From: Bacteroidetes bacterium ADurb.Bin217
GTDB taxonomy: Bacteria; Bacteroidota; Bacteroidia; Bacteroidales; UBA1715
Assembly (NCBI GenBank): GCA_002069975.1
Contig: MWCJ01000008.1
Span: 3,529 to 67,528, forward strand
Direction of reading: 5' to 3'
Length of the DNA: 64,000 nucleotides
The stretch's first letter is position 1, and the number at the start of each line of letters is the position of its first letter. This document shows, in pieces, positions 37,175-47,453 of the stretch. Under the pieces are notes generated by a model. It did not search any database and had not been told where the DNA came from. It worked only from the letters and a program-made list of their open reading frames with translations. The translations under genes were made by a program, and so were the position numbers.

Positions 37175-37903
37175 TTATTTTATTTCTTTTACACATCGAA
37201 TATTTAATCCAACAGTTCGTTCAATATGGCTATGATTTAAACTTGAATTTTTATCGATAAAATAATACATTCCATTGTTTTCGTTATGCTCGGTAGCTGA
37301 CCACCAAATTGCATTTTGTCCCATAATATGGAATTTCCCGTCGCGTTCTCTAAATCCGGCAGGTACGGCAGAAAAACCGGTTTCATTTGTAGCTTCTTGT
37401 TCTTCGCCCCAAACTTTTGAACATTTTAAAGCAATAGCAGCTTTCTCTTCGCCTTTAACTGTTTTTATCAAATTTGTCCATACGCTATCATTAGCAACTT
37501 GCCATCCTTCGGGACAGATTTTTTGTGTAGCTACTGTTTTATGGTTATACAACAATCCATTTACTTCGTTTACTTTTTCGTTGTTGTACGATGCATATGC
37601 AGGTTCTTTTGTTTTTCCCCATGTAGCATTGTCGGTAATATTTAAAATAGGGGTGCCGTCGTTGAGTTTAGTTACACGTAAATTTTGAGCAAACCACTCA
37701 TATTTACCTATTGCTACCGTTTTGTACTCATTACTGTCTATATCATATGTCGTATTGTATTTCACCATTTTATTTAATACTTGGTCTATTGTTATGTGAG
37801 ATACATTGTTAGCAATTTCTTCTGTTTTGTCTTTTTTAGGACTACATGCAAGCATCGAAAGTCCTATAAGAGCAATTGATGTATATGAAATAACTTTTTT
37901 CAT
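37175..37903 (-). CDS. FISUMP-domain lipoprotein (Fibrobacter succinogenes major paralogous domain)
   Basis: Lipobox LACS. YKTVAIGKYEWFAQNL, LLYN, CPEGWQVANDSVW, GFSAVPAGFR and IWWSATE match the FISUMP pattern. Confidence 0.7.
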   Translation of the reverse strand: MKKVISYTSIALIGLSMLACSPKKDKTEEIANNVSHITIDQVLNKMVKYNTTYDIDSNEYKTVAIGKYEWFAQNLRVTKLNDGTPILNITDNATWGKTKEPAYASYNNEKVNEVNGLLYNHKTVATQKICPEGWQVANDSVWTNLIKTVKGEEKAAIALKCSKVWGEEQEATNETGFSAVPAGFRERDGKFHIMGQNAIWWSATEHNENNGMYYFIDKNSSLNHSHIERTVGLNIRCVKEIK

Positions 37904-37929
37904 TTTTAAAATACTATTAAATTACACAA

Positions 37930-39420
37930 TTATTTAGATTGACGTTTTGCTGCTAATTGTTCTTGAATTTCGAACACTCTTGCTTTTGATAACGGATATT
38001 TCCATATGAAGAATATTGTTCCAATCATAGCTATTGTCGGAATTATTACATACATAATACGAATATCCATAATTTTATCGGCAGATATAATAGGGTTTGC
38101 ACCGTCTATACCAACCCAAATTAATACGCCTGAAGCTATAATAGTAACTAATGCAATAGCTAATTTAATTAAAAATCCGCATACTGCAGAATACATACCT
38201 TCGCGACGTGCTCCGGTTTTTAATTCGTCGAAATCGCAAATGTCGGCTGTAAAAGAACCAATAAGTGGCCAACACGCTGCTAATCCAATATTTATAATTA
38301 CCGGAGGTAATACGCCTAAAACATGTGCTGTTGGAGTAAATAAGAACCAACTTGAAATATATCCTAAAATAGTTACTGTAGCTCCCGAAATTAAAATGGT
38401 ACGTTTGTCGAAATATCCTGCTACTCGGTTTACTATTACTACAGTTATAATTTGCGTAGCTGGTTGTAATACCGCAGTGTAAAACCCTAAATATCCGGCT
38501 AATTCTTTATGTGTAAGAAATTTTTCTTTAATCGAAAATGCTAAAGGATCTTTGTACGACCAATCTAACACGGTATGTATACCATCGGTACATACATGAT
38601 ACATTGAAATATATCCTAATAATGGAAGCATAAAAAATAATGCGACAAATATAAAGAATATAGACATCATTAATAAAATAAAAGGTTTTGATTTGAACGT
38701 CTCTATAAGTGATGGCCAAAATGGAACTTTTTCTTGTTTTTGAACTTCGGCATTTGGATGCTCTCTACAAAATAATGCAGGAACTATACCCGCAAATAAT
38801 ATAATTATACCTACTATTACACCAACATGGCGAGCTCCTACAACTTCGTCGCCTCCCCATACATCTTTCATTTGTGTAATTAAGTATAACGATCCTATTG
38901 CAATACCTATAACATAGGAAAATATAAGTTTATATGTTTGTAATTTTGTTCGTTCTGTATAGTCAGTTTCCATTTCCAATCCAAGTGCTGAAAATGGCAT
39001 TTGCCATATAGCAAGCACTATGTAAAATATAGAAATTATACCAATAAAATATGCCGATTGTAAAAAATTTCCGGTAAGCATAATACCAAAAACTTCCATA
39101 TCGCTAACTTGGCGAGGTGTAAACCACACCGCAATAAATACTAACGAAAGTAAAATTGCTCCTACAAAAATCCATGGGCGACGACGACCGTATTTCGAAC
39201 GAGTATTGTCACTTAAGTTTCCGAAATATGTATCGGAAAAACCTTCGATAAATTTTGATGCACTCATAGCAACCCCTATAACAAAAGGGCTGATACCCAT
39301 ACCAATTTGAAAAATGTTGTACACAAGCGATGGGATAACGTTCATTGACAGATTTTCTGCTAATCCGCCAAACGCCCATGAAAACTTTTGAAAACCTGTT
39401 GATGATGACTTTTGTTCCAT
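37930..39420 (-). CDS. MFS transporter, glycoside-pentoside-hexuronide:cation symporter-like
   Basis: 12 TM helices and GNLSDNTRSKYGRRRPW (the GPH family D-x-x-x-x-x-GRRRP motif). Confidence 0.75.
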   Translation of the reverse strand: MEQKSSSTGFQKFSWAFGGLAENLSMNVIPSLVYNIFQIGMGISPFVIGVAMSASKFIEGFSDTYFGNLSDNTRSKYGRRRPWIFVGAILLSLVFIAVWFTPRQVSDMEVFGIMLTGNFLQSAYFIGIISIFYIVLAIWQMPFSALGLEMETDYTERTKLQTYKLIFSYVIGIAIGSLYLITQMKDVWGGDEVVGARHVGVIVGIIILFAGIVPALFCREHPNAEVQKQEKVPFWPSLIETFKSKPFILLMMSIFFIFVALFFMLPLLGYISMYHVCTDGIHTVLDWSYKDPLAFSIKEKFLTHKELAGYLGFYTAVLQPATQIITVVIVNRVAGYFDKRTILISGATVTILGYISSWFLFTPTAHVLGVLPPVIINIGLAACWPLIGSFTADICDFDELKTGARREGMYSAVCGFLIKLAIALVTIIASGVLIWVGIDGANPIISADKIMDIRIMYVIIPTIAMIGTIFFIWKYPLSKARVFEIQEQLAAKRQSK

Positions 39421-39660
39421 TCAAGTAAAGAGTTTAAAAAGTAAATGAAAGTTTGAAACTAAAAATGTATTATCATTTTAATTCGGGCAAACATACAAAA
39501 AAACATTGATATAACAATCGTTCGTGTGTGTTTTTATGTTGATTAAGTCAACGATTTGATTTTTTGAGAGTATCTTATTGACAAGATTACTTATAGGTGC
39601 CAAGTCGTTCCATCATCGTTATAAATTTTCATTGAGAATTATAACGCCTCTTGTTTTTTG

Positions 39661-41316
39661 CTATACTACGTGTTTTGCAACTAATGGAATACGTCTGCCA
39701 AAACCAAATGCTTTTGATGAAACTCTGAGAATGGGAGGAAACTGAAAACGTTTGTACTCATTCGCATTTACTAATCGAATTGTTTTAATTACTGTTTGTT
39801 CATCAAATCCTTGGTCTATAATTTCGTGCAATGATAATTTTTTTTCAATATATTCAAATAATATTGCATCAAGAGTATCGTAATCGGGTAAGGAATCCGA
39901 ATCTTTTTGGTTAGGTCTAAGTTCTGCCGAAGGGGGTTTTTGTATTGTATTACGTGGAATAATTTCTTTATCTTTATTTATATATTCTGCAAGTTTAAAT
40001 ACATCGGTTTTATATACGTCGCCCAACATAGAAAGACTTCCGTTCATGTCGCCATACATGGTGCTATATCCAACGGCAGCTTCGCTTTTGTTAGATGTGT
40101 TAAGTAAAATATTGCCAAATTTATTGCTTACAGCCATAAGTAGCAATCCGCGTAATCGGGCTTGAATATTTTCTTCGGCTATAGAAAATGGACGGTTTTC
40201 GAATATGGGTTCAAGGCTTTGAATAGCCGATTCATATAGGTTATGAATAGGTACAATATCATACCGTACTCCTAAATTGTTTGCTAATTGTATAGCATCG
40301 TCTATTGAATGCGAGCTCGAATATTCTGATGGTAATAACAATACTCGAATATTTTTTTCTCCTATTGCTTTTGCAGCTAATGCTAATACTACAGCGGAGT
40401 CTATGCCTCCCGATAGTCCTAATACTGCCGATTTAAAATTGTTTTTCTTAAAATAATCGCGAATACCTAATAGTAATGCATCGTGAATTTTTTGAATTTT
40501 GTGGTATGATTCTGTTTTTATTGTAGTGGGCATATTGCATTGTTCACTATTAATTACGCAATAGTCTTCATTAAATTCTGACATTTCGTATACAACTTCA
40601 CCGTTTGGATTTACAATTTTTGAACACCCGTCGAATATTATTTCGGTATTGGCACCTATTTGATTTACATAGAGTATAGGAACTTGATATTGTCTTGCAT
40701 TGTCTTGTAATACTTTTGTTCGTAAATAATCTTGATTGTAAGAAAATGGCGAAGCTGCAATATTTATAACTATATCGGGGGCTTGGCAATGAAGTTTTTC
40801 TAAAGGTGAAGTTTTATAAATTTTATCTTTTGCAAATGCTGTTTCAACTACTTGATTATCCCATAAATCTTCACAAATTGTAAGTGCTATTTTTGTGTTT
40901 TTATACTCTATAATTGAAAATTCACTATTGGGTTCAAAGTATCTGTATTCATCAAAAATATCATAGGTAGGCAATAATGTTTTGTGTACGGTTTGAGTTA
41001 TGATACCATTATGTAAGAATAGTGCAGAATTAAATAATCGTTTACCTTTTTCTCCTTCGTTTAATGTTGGGCAGCCTACTATAGCGGCAATATTTATGCA
41101 TTCTTGAGCAATTTTTTGTGCTGTATGTAAGCATGTTTCTATAAAATCTCTTTGTTCTAGTAAATCGAGTGGGGGGTATCCACAAATACTTAATTCCGAG
41201 AATACAATTAAATCTGCATTGTCTTTTTTTGCTTTGTGTATATGAGCAATAATTTTTTTAGCATTTTCTTCAAAATTTCCTATATGATAATTTAATTGTG
41301 CTAGAGCAATTTTCAT
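39661..41316 (-). CDS. nadE: Glutamine-dependent NAD+ synthetase
   Basis: N-terminal CN-hydrolase domain (FSELSICGYPP, ICEDLW) and a C-terminal NAD synthase domain (GLSGGIDSAV). Confidence 0.9.
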   Translation of the reverse strand: MKIALAQLNYHIGNFEENAKKIIAHIHKAKKDNADLIVFSELSICGYPPLDLLEQRDFIETCLHTAQKIAQECINIAAIVGCPTLNEGEKGKRLFNSALFLHNGIITQTVHKTLLPTYDIFDEYRYFEPNSEFSIIEYKNTKIALTICEDLWDNQVVETAFAKDKIYKTSPLEKLHCQAPDIVINIAASPFSYNQDYLRTKVLQDNARQYQVPILYVNQIGANTEIIFDGCSKIVNPNGEVVYEMSEFNEDYCVINSEQCNMPTTIKTESYHKIQKIHDALLLGIRDYFKKNNFKSAVLGLSGGIDSAVVLALAAKAIGEKNIRVLLLPSEYSSSHSIDDAIQLANNLGVRYDIVPIHNLYESAIQSLEPIFENRPFSIAEENIQARLRGLLLMAVSNKFGNILLNTSNKSEAAVGYSTMYGDMNGSLSMLGDVYKTDVFKLAEYINKDKEIIPRNTIQKPPSAELRPNQKDSDSLPDYDTLDAILFEYIEKKLSLHEIIDQGFDEQTVIKTIRLVNANEYKRFQFPPILRVSSKAFGFGRRIPLVAKHVV

Positions 41317-41356
41317 AGGTGTATGTATGAGATTCTAATTACTATATGGTAATATG

Positions 41357-42460
41357 TTATTTATTTGTATGTTTGTATATGTCCAATAATTCTTGAGCTG
41401 CCATAAAAGAACTCATATTTCCTTGAATTACTGCTTGTTCGTATTCAGATATTTTTTCAGAGATTACTGAATGTGCATAAAAATTTTGTTTCAAATAACT
41501 ATGAATAGTTTCGTACATCCAAAACGATGCTTGACTATTTCGTTTATTTGTAAAAAATGAATTAGCTTGTGTCGTTTGGATATATGTTTGAATATGTTTC
41601 CATATCTTCTCAAGTCCTTGGTTCTCAATAGCTGAGCATACAAACACTTCGGGGTTCATACCGGATGGGTGTGTGGGGAATAAGTGTAATGCCGACGAGT
41701 ATTCAATTTTAGCCATATTGGCTTTATCTTTATTTTCTCCATCGGATTTAGTAATAGCTATACTATCAGCCATTTCCATGATGCCTCGTTTTATTCCTTG
41801 CAATTGGTCTCCGGCACCGGCAAGCATAAGGAGTAAGAAAAAATCTACCATAGAATGAACGGCGGTTTCTGATTGTCCAACACCTACGGTTTCAACAAAA
41901 ATAACATTGTATCCTGCAGCTTCGCATACTATTATAGTTTCGCGGGTTTTTCGAGCTACTCCACCTAATGATCCTGCCGAGGGCGAAGGGCGAATGTATG
42001 CATTGGGGTCGGTTGAAAGTAGTTCCATTCGTGTTTTATCGCCCAATATACTTCCTTTTGTTCGTTCGCTACTTGGGTCAATAGCTAACACCGCCAATTT
42101 ATTGTTATGCGATGTTATAATTTTTCCAAATGATTCTATAAAGGTACTTTTTCCTACACCGGGAACACCGGTTATGCCTATGCGAATTGATTTGCCCGAA
42201 TACGGCATGCATGCATGTATTATTTGTTGAGCTAATTCTTGATGTTCTGGTAAATTGCTTTCTATAAGCGTTATAGCTTGGCTTAGAATTGTTATATTGC
42301 CTTGCAATATACCTTCGATATAATCCGAAAGTTGTAATTGCAATTTTTTTCGTTTATTTTGTTTAAACTTTAATATTGCGTCGTTGTTGGTTGTGGGAGG
42401 TTGTTCTACTCCTTTTTTTTCTTCCATATGACTGCAAAAAGTACCGTCTTGATGTTCCAT
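41357..42460 (-). CDS. meaB: Methylmalonyl-CoA mutase-associated GTPase (ArgK/MeaB)
   Basis: GITGVPGVGKSTFIE, VETVGVGQSE and ITKSD motifs. The start could be the internal Met at 42427. Confidence 0.85.
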   Translation of the reverse strand: MEHQDGTFCSHMEEKKGVEQPPTTNNDAILKFKQNKRKKLQLQLSDYIEGILQGNITILSQAITLIESNLPEHQELAQQIIHACMPYSGKSIRIGITGVPGVGKSTFIESFGKIITSHNNKLAVLAIDPSSERTKGSILGDKTRMELLSTDPNAYIRPSPSAGSLGGVARKTRETIIVCEAAGYNVIFVETVGVGQSETAVHSMVDFFLLLMLAGAGDQLQGIKRGIMEMADSIAITKSDGENKDKANMAKIEYSSALHLFPTHPSGMNPEVFVCSAIENQGLEKIWKHIQTYIQTTQANSFFTNKRNSQASFWMYETIHSYLKQNFYAHSVISEKISEYEQAVIQGNMSSFMAAQELLDIYKHTNK

Positions 42461-42544
42461 GTTAATAGAAAATTAGTAATTGCGAAGGTAAGGATTTTTT
42501 TTATGTAGCTATATATTTTGGGATGTATAAAAGGGGATAGAATG

Positions 42545-42585
42545 AAAAAAAAAACCAACTGCTTTAGTTGGTTTTTTTTTTTTTT
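42545..42585. terminator. Bidirectional terminator (ends pfp)
   Basis: A10, then AACCAACT-GCTTT-AGTTGGTT, then T14. Confidence 0.75.
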
Positions 42586-42591
42586 GAGTTT

Positions 42592-44241
42592 TTATTTACC
42601 TTCTTGTTCTAACAATAAAGTTTTTGTTGGTTGGTCGCATACCGAACTTGGTCCGAAATATTGAATTGGTCCCGGATAAATATAGTCGGTTTTAATAGCC
42701 CATTCATCGCGTTTTGATGCGAAAAATTTGAACGGTTTGCCATCTAATGTAACTAAAGCTTTTTGAATTACAGGTTTCATATGACCATGACGTTTTTCCA
42801 TGTTCATCATCATAGTAACAGGTACTCCACCTGCTATCCATTCAGAAGCAGGAGCTTTACAATTACGTACCGATGCCATATATCCCGATTTTCCTTCGCC
42901 TATTAATACCGATGCGGTAAAACCTAATGAATAACAATAGTCTGCATCGAAATTTGAAGGAGCAGCACAGCGTCCTTCATATCCGAAGAAGTGATTTTGT
43001 CCGCTGAATTTACCTACATATTTTCCTTCTTTTTTCCAAGCTTTTAATTTTTCGGCAACCATATCTATCAACATTTTTTCGGTTTCTATTTTTGAAACTT
43101 GAACATTGCCGTGTGGGTCGCGGTCTGCCAACAATTGGAATTGAATATTTTGAGGTAATGTCGCAAAAATATCGGCAGAAGTTTTCGATAATTTAGCACT
43201 GATAAATTGGAATTTTTCGGCATCAGAACCAAGTGCATTAAATGCAGCTTCATGGTGAGCCATTGTATCATTTAATTCAGAAATTAATACTTTTAATGAA
43301 GGTATAAATTCTATTAAACCTTCGGGTATTAATGCTGTACCAAAGTTTTCGCCGTTAGCAGCACGTTTAGCCACTATAGTAGCTATGTATGTTACAACCT
43401 CGTCGAGTGTTTGTTTTTTTGCTTCAACTTCTTCTGAAATTATACAAATATTTGCTTGTGTTTGTAATGCACACTCCAAACCAATATGCGAAGCCGAACG
43501 ACCCATTAATTTAATAAAGTGCCAGTATTTTTTAGCAGAATTTGCATCGCGTTGAATATTTCCAATTAACTCAGAATATACTTTACATGCAGTGTCAAAA
43601 CCAAATGAAGTTTCAATCATTTCATTTTTAAGGTCGCCATCTATAGTTTTAGGTGCTCCAATTACTTGAATTCCTGTATTTTTAGCAAGATAATATTCTG
43701 CAAGTACACATGCATTTGTATTTGAATCGTCACCACCAATAATCACTATAGCTTTTATTCCTAGTTTATTACAAATTTCAACACCTTTGTCATATTGAGC
43801 TGTTTCTTCGAGTTTTGTTCGTCCACTACCAATAATATCAAAACCACCGGTATTACGATATTCATCGATTATAGCTGCTGTTAGTTCTATATATTGATGA
43901 TCAACAAAACCACCGGGACCACCTAAAAATCCGTATAATTTATTTGCAGGATTTAATTTTTTTAATCCATCAAAAATTCCGGAAATTACGTTATGTCCAC
44001 CTGGAGCTTGTCCACCTGAAAGAATTACTCCAACATTCATGGTAGGATAGTCTTTTTTTGAACCTTCAGCAAATGTAATTAAAGGCATTCCATATGTATT
44101 AGGAAATAATGCTTTAATATCTGCTTGATCTGCAATAGATTGTGTTGCTGCACCGTCAACCAAGGTTACATAACCTTGCAATGATTTTGGCAATTTAGGA
44201 GCATACGATGCTCGTTCTTTTTGTAATGCACTTATAGCCAT
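42592..44241 (-). CDS. pfp: Diphosphate--fructose-6-phosphate 1-phosphotransferase (PPi-PFK)
   Basis: 549 aa, long-form [32 protein letters not shown] and MGRSASH motifs. Confidence 0.9.
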   Translation of the reverse strand: MAISALQKERASYAPKLPKSLQGYVTLVDGAATQSIADQADIKALFPNTYGMPLITFAEGSKKDYPTMNVGVILSGGQAPGGHNVISGIFDGLKKLNPANKLYGFLGGPGGFVDHQYIELTAAIIDEYRNTGGFDIIGSGRTKLEETAQYDKGVEICNKLGIKAIVIIGGDDSNTNACVLAEYYLAKNTGIQVIGAPKTIDGDLKNEMIETSFGFDTACKVYSELIGNIQRDANSAKKYWHFIKLMGRSASHIGLECALQTQANICIISEEVEAKKQTLDEVVTYIATIVAKRAANGENFGTALIPEGLIEFIPSLKVLISELNDTMAHHEAAFNALGSDAEKFQFISAKLSKTSADIFATLPQNIQFQLLADRDPHGNVQVSKIETEKMLIDMVAEKLKAWKKEGKYVGKFSGQNHFFGYEGRCAAPSNFDADYCYSLGFTASVLIGEGKSGYMASVRNCKAPASEWIAGGVPVTMMMNMEKRHGHMKPVIQKALVTLDGKPFKFFASKRDEWAIKTDYIYPGPIQYFGPSSVCDQPTKTLLLEQEGK

Positions 44242-44444
44242 TTTGTATTGTTTTATTTAAATTATTGTATGTAAAAAATATCGATTGCGAAAATACGAAT
44301 TTTTAGTTGGTACATATACGCAATTTTCTGAAAATTTACAAATATATGTAACTAACTAAAAAAATGAGGCGTAGAAAAACAGAGAGAGAATAATAATAAT
44401 TTTGTTTTTAAATAACTGATTATCTGAAATTTAAATAAAAAAAC

Positions 44445-46151
44445 ATGAAGCCAATTTACCCCAAAGCTATTCTTATAATAATTACATTTTTTACCTTTTC
44501 CACATTACTTTATAGCCAATCTGCAGTTGCTCCATTTGGTGATGGAACATCAGGAAATCCTTATCAGATTGCTTCGTTAGATAATTTATATTGGATATCG
44601 CAAAATTCAAGTAGTTGGTCTTCATTTTTTGTTCAAACCAACGATATTAATGCATCTAAAACTAGTACTTATGACGGCGGACAAGGGTGGACTCCAATAG
44701 GAAATGATGTAACTAAGTTTTCGGGATCGTATGATGGCGATAATTATATAATTACGAATTTATATATTGATAGACCTACAACAAATAATGTAGGATTGTT
44801 TGGACACATTACTGATGGTGCAAAAATTTTAAATGTAGGACTTATTGATGTAAATATACAAGGAGCTCGTGGAACGGGTAGTTTGGTTGGGAGAGTTACC
44901 GGAAATGATGAAACTGTTATTCAATATTGTTTTGTAGATGGCGGAACTGTTGTTGGCGATGGTGCAACCGGTGGATTAGTAGGTTCTAATAATAGTTCTT
45001 CATTAGAAAGTGCTTTAAATTCTAATAATCCGGCGTTGAAACCTAAGATTTCAAGTTGTTTTGCAAAAGTTGATGTGAGTTGGTCGAAGAATTTTGCAAA
45101 TTATGATAATTATAATGTTGATAATCATTGGACTGACAATGACAACTATGCCGATAAATTTGGTGGGTTAACAGGTTGCAATCAAAAAGGTTTTATTGAA
45201 AATTCATTTTCAATGGGAAGAGTTACTGTAAATAATAATGAGACTGTTGCCCCAGATCCTATTAATGATAAAAATTATGAACGTATTGGAGGTATAGCTG
45301 GTTGTACATATTATAAAGGAGATATTGTGAATTCGTATTCTTCGACAATACTTGTAACAAGTAATGTAAATAGAGTAGGTGGTTTTGTCGGGTATAAAAA
45401 TTCAGATGCTTCGGCTGGGTATATTTCTCAATCGTTTTGGGATACCGAGATATCTACACTTGCAAGTTCTGATGGTGGTGTAGGTAAAACAACAGCTGAG
45501 ATGAAAACTGCTGCTACTTATTCTGATCCTACGTGGGATATGGCAACAACTTGGGGAATATCAGCAGGAGTTAACGATGGGTATCCGTTTTTATATAACG
45601 ATAATAGTTATTTATTACCTATCGAATTAATCTCGTTTGAAGGCAATAAAGTTTCGGATGAAACAATAGAATTGGTTTGGAAAACTGCATCGGAGCAGAA
45701 TAATGAAGGGTTCGAAATTCAAAAAAGCTATAATGGAACCGATTTTCATACTATTGCATGGGTTGGTGGTAACGGAAATAGTATTACAGAACAACAGTAT
45801 TCTTTTGTTGACTTCGAAACTTCACAAGATATTGTATACTATCGTTTACAGCAATTTGATAGAGATGGCGAAAGTTCATATTCTGAAATTATTTCTATAC
45901 ATACTTCTCTTATAAAGGAAGAAATGCAATTTTTACAAAAACAAACAGTTTTGTCGAATGCAGAAATAGGTCAGACTTATACTATAGTAATAATAAAAGA
46001 AAGTGGTAAAACTATATATTCGCATTCATGTATTGCTCAGTCAGAAACCTTGTACTGTCCGTATATATTAGAACAAGGTTTGTATATCGTGAAAATTCAA
46101 AAAAATTCTATAGATTTAATCACAGAACCGATACTTATAGAGGCAAATTAA
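44445..46151 (+). CDS. Secreted GLUG-motif repeat protein with T9SS (type A-like) C-terminal sorting domain
   Basis: Signal peptide and repeated G(G/S)LVG / GGIAG / GGFVG motifs. The C-terminal roughly 80 aa (...GLYIVKIQKNS...) resembles a Por secretion tail. Confidence 0.6.
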   Translation: MKPIYPKAILIIITFFTFSTLLYSQSAVAPFGDGTSGNPYQIASLDNLYWISQNSSSWSSFFVQTNDINASKTSTYDGGQGWTPIGNDVTKFSGSYDGDNYIITNLYIDRPTTNNVGLFGHITDGAKILNVGLIDVNIQGARGTGSLVGRVTGNDETVIQYCFVDGGTVVGDGATGGLVGSNNSSSLESALNSNNPALKPKISSCFAKVDVSWSKNFANYDNYNVDNHWTDNDNYADKFGGLTGCNQKGFIENSFSMGRVTVNNNETVAPDPINDKNYERIGGIAGCTYYKGDIVNSYSSTILVTSNVNRVGGFVGYKNSDASAGYISQSFWDTEISTLASSDGGVGKTTAEMKTAATYSDPTWDMATTWGISAGVNDGYPFLYNDNSYLLPIELISFEGNKVSDETIELVWKTASEQNNEGFEIQKSYNGTDFHTIAWVGGNGNSITEQQYSFVDFETSQDIVYYRLQQFDRDGESSYSEIISIHTSLIKEEMQFLQKQTVLSNAEIGQTYTIVIIKESGKTIYSHSCIAQSETLYCPYILEQGLYIVKIQKNSIDLITEPILIEAN

Positions 46152-46321
46152 AGTTTTCAAAGTATCTTTGTATGCTTACGAGCACACCCAAAAAGCTAAA
46201 TAAAAAAAGTATAAAACCCGAATTTCTTAGTTTCTCAAGAATCTATAGGTCATAATTCATTTGAAACTACTTCCAAACTATATTTGAATCAAATTGAAGA
46301 GGAGAGAGGAGTTACAATAAC

Positions 46322-46350
46322 AAAAAAGCCTCATATGATTGAGGCTTTTT
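46322..46350 (-). terminator. Terminator of tRNA-Arg
   Basis: AAAAAGCCTCA-ATCATA-TGAGGCTTTTTT on the minus strand. Confidence 0.65.
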
Positions 46351-46351
46351 G

Positions 46352-46425
46352 TGATCCGGGCGGGATTCGAACCCACGACCCACAGATTAGAAATCTGTTG
46401 CTCTATCCAGCTGAGCTACCAGACC
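46352..46425 (-). tRNA. tRNA-Arg (anticodon TCT)
   Basis: The reverse complement is GGTCTGGTAGCTCAGCTGGATAGAGCAACAGATTTCTAATCTGTGGGTCGTGGGTTCGAATCCCGCCCGGATCA. The anticodon loop is TTTCTAA and the T-loop is GGTTCGAATCC. Confidence 0.92.
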
Positions 46426-46505
46426 TTGATAATTTTGCTGCAAATATAAAATTTTTATGCTATTATTACAATCTCTGTGAATTTTTTTATTCGTTATGTC
46501 CTGTT

Positions 46506-47450
46506 TTAGATCTCTATTTGCACATCGGTAAACGAAAACCCACGCATACATTCTTGTATTGACATACGTTTTTTTCCTTCCAATTGAATATCTGTTGGCT
46601 GTATAAATCCGTCTTTCACAGCTATTGATATGTTGGTTTGGTCGGTAAGTATAGTTCCTATAATATAGTCGTGTGAAGCCGGAGTAAAAAGAGCAAAATA
46701 AATCTTACATATAATTGTTTTATCTTGTTTTTTTAGTAAAGTCCATGCTGCAGGAAAAGGAGAGAATCCTCGAATGTGATTATAAATATTAGTTCCGCAA
46801 GCATTCCAGTTTATTTTGCATGTTTCTTTTTCAATTTTTGGTGCATGATGCAACACAACACAAGTTATACTTTCTTGAGGAGTTGATGTATGTGGATGTT
46901 TTTGAACATATTTAATGGTTTCAACAGATAATTCTGCAGCTAAATTCATAAGTCTTTCATATACTAATCCGGTTGTGTCGGTATGAGCTATATCTATAGT
47001 TTTTTGTAATATAATATTACCGGTATCAATGGTTTCGTTTATATAAAAACTTGTAACCCCTGTTTGTGTTTCACCATTTACAACAGCCCAATGTATAGGT
47101 GCCGCACCACGGTATTGAGGCAATAACGATCCGTGAATGTTTATAGTTCCTAAAGGTGGTATTTCCCAAATAACTTTAGGTAACATTCTAAATGCAATAA
47201 CAAGAATTATATCGGGTTGCAAAGTTCGAACTTGCGTAATAAATTCTTCGGATTTTAAATTTGTTGGTTGAAAAATAGATAGATTGTGTTGTAATGCACA
47301 TGTTTTTACAGCCGACATACTTATTTGTTGTCCTCGTCCTGCTGGTTTATCGGGAGCTGTAACAACACCTACAATAGTATAATTCTGATTAATAAGATTT
47401 TGTAAGGGAGCAACAGCAAATTCGGGTGTTCCCATGTACAGAATTCTCAT
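46506..47450 (-). CDS. fmt: Methionyl-tRNA formyltransferase
   Basis: MRILYMGTPEFAV, NIHGSLLPQYRGAAPI and the C-terminal Fmt domain. Confidence 0.9.
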   Translation of the reverse strand: MRILYMGTPEFAVAPLQNLINQNYTIVGVVTAPDKPAGRGQQISMSAVKTCALQHNLSIFQPTNLKSEEFITQVRTLQPDIILVIAFRMLPKVIWEIPPLGTINIHGSLLPQYRGAAPIHWAVVNGETQTGVTSFYINETIDTGNIILQKTIDIAHTDTTGLVYERLMNLAAELSVETIKYVQKHPHTSTPQESITCVVLHHAPKIEKETCKINWNACGTNIYNHIRGFSPFPAAWTLLKKQDKTIICKIYFALFTPASHDYIIGTILTDQTNISIAVKDGFIQPTDIQLEGKKRMSIQECMRGFSFTDVQIEI

Positions 47451-47453
47451 AAA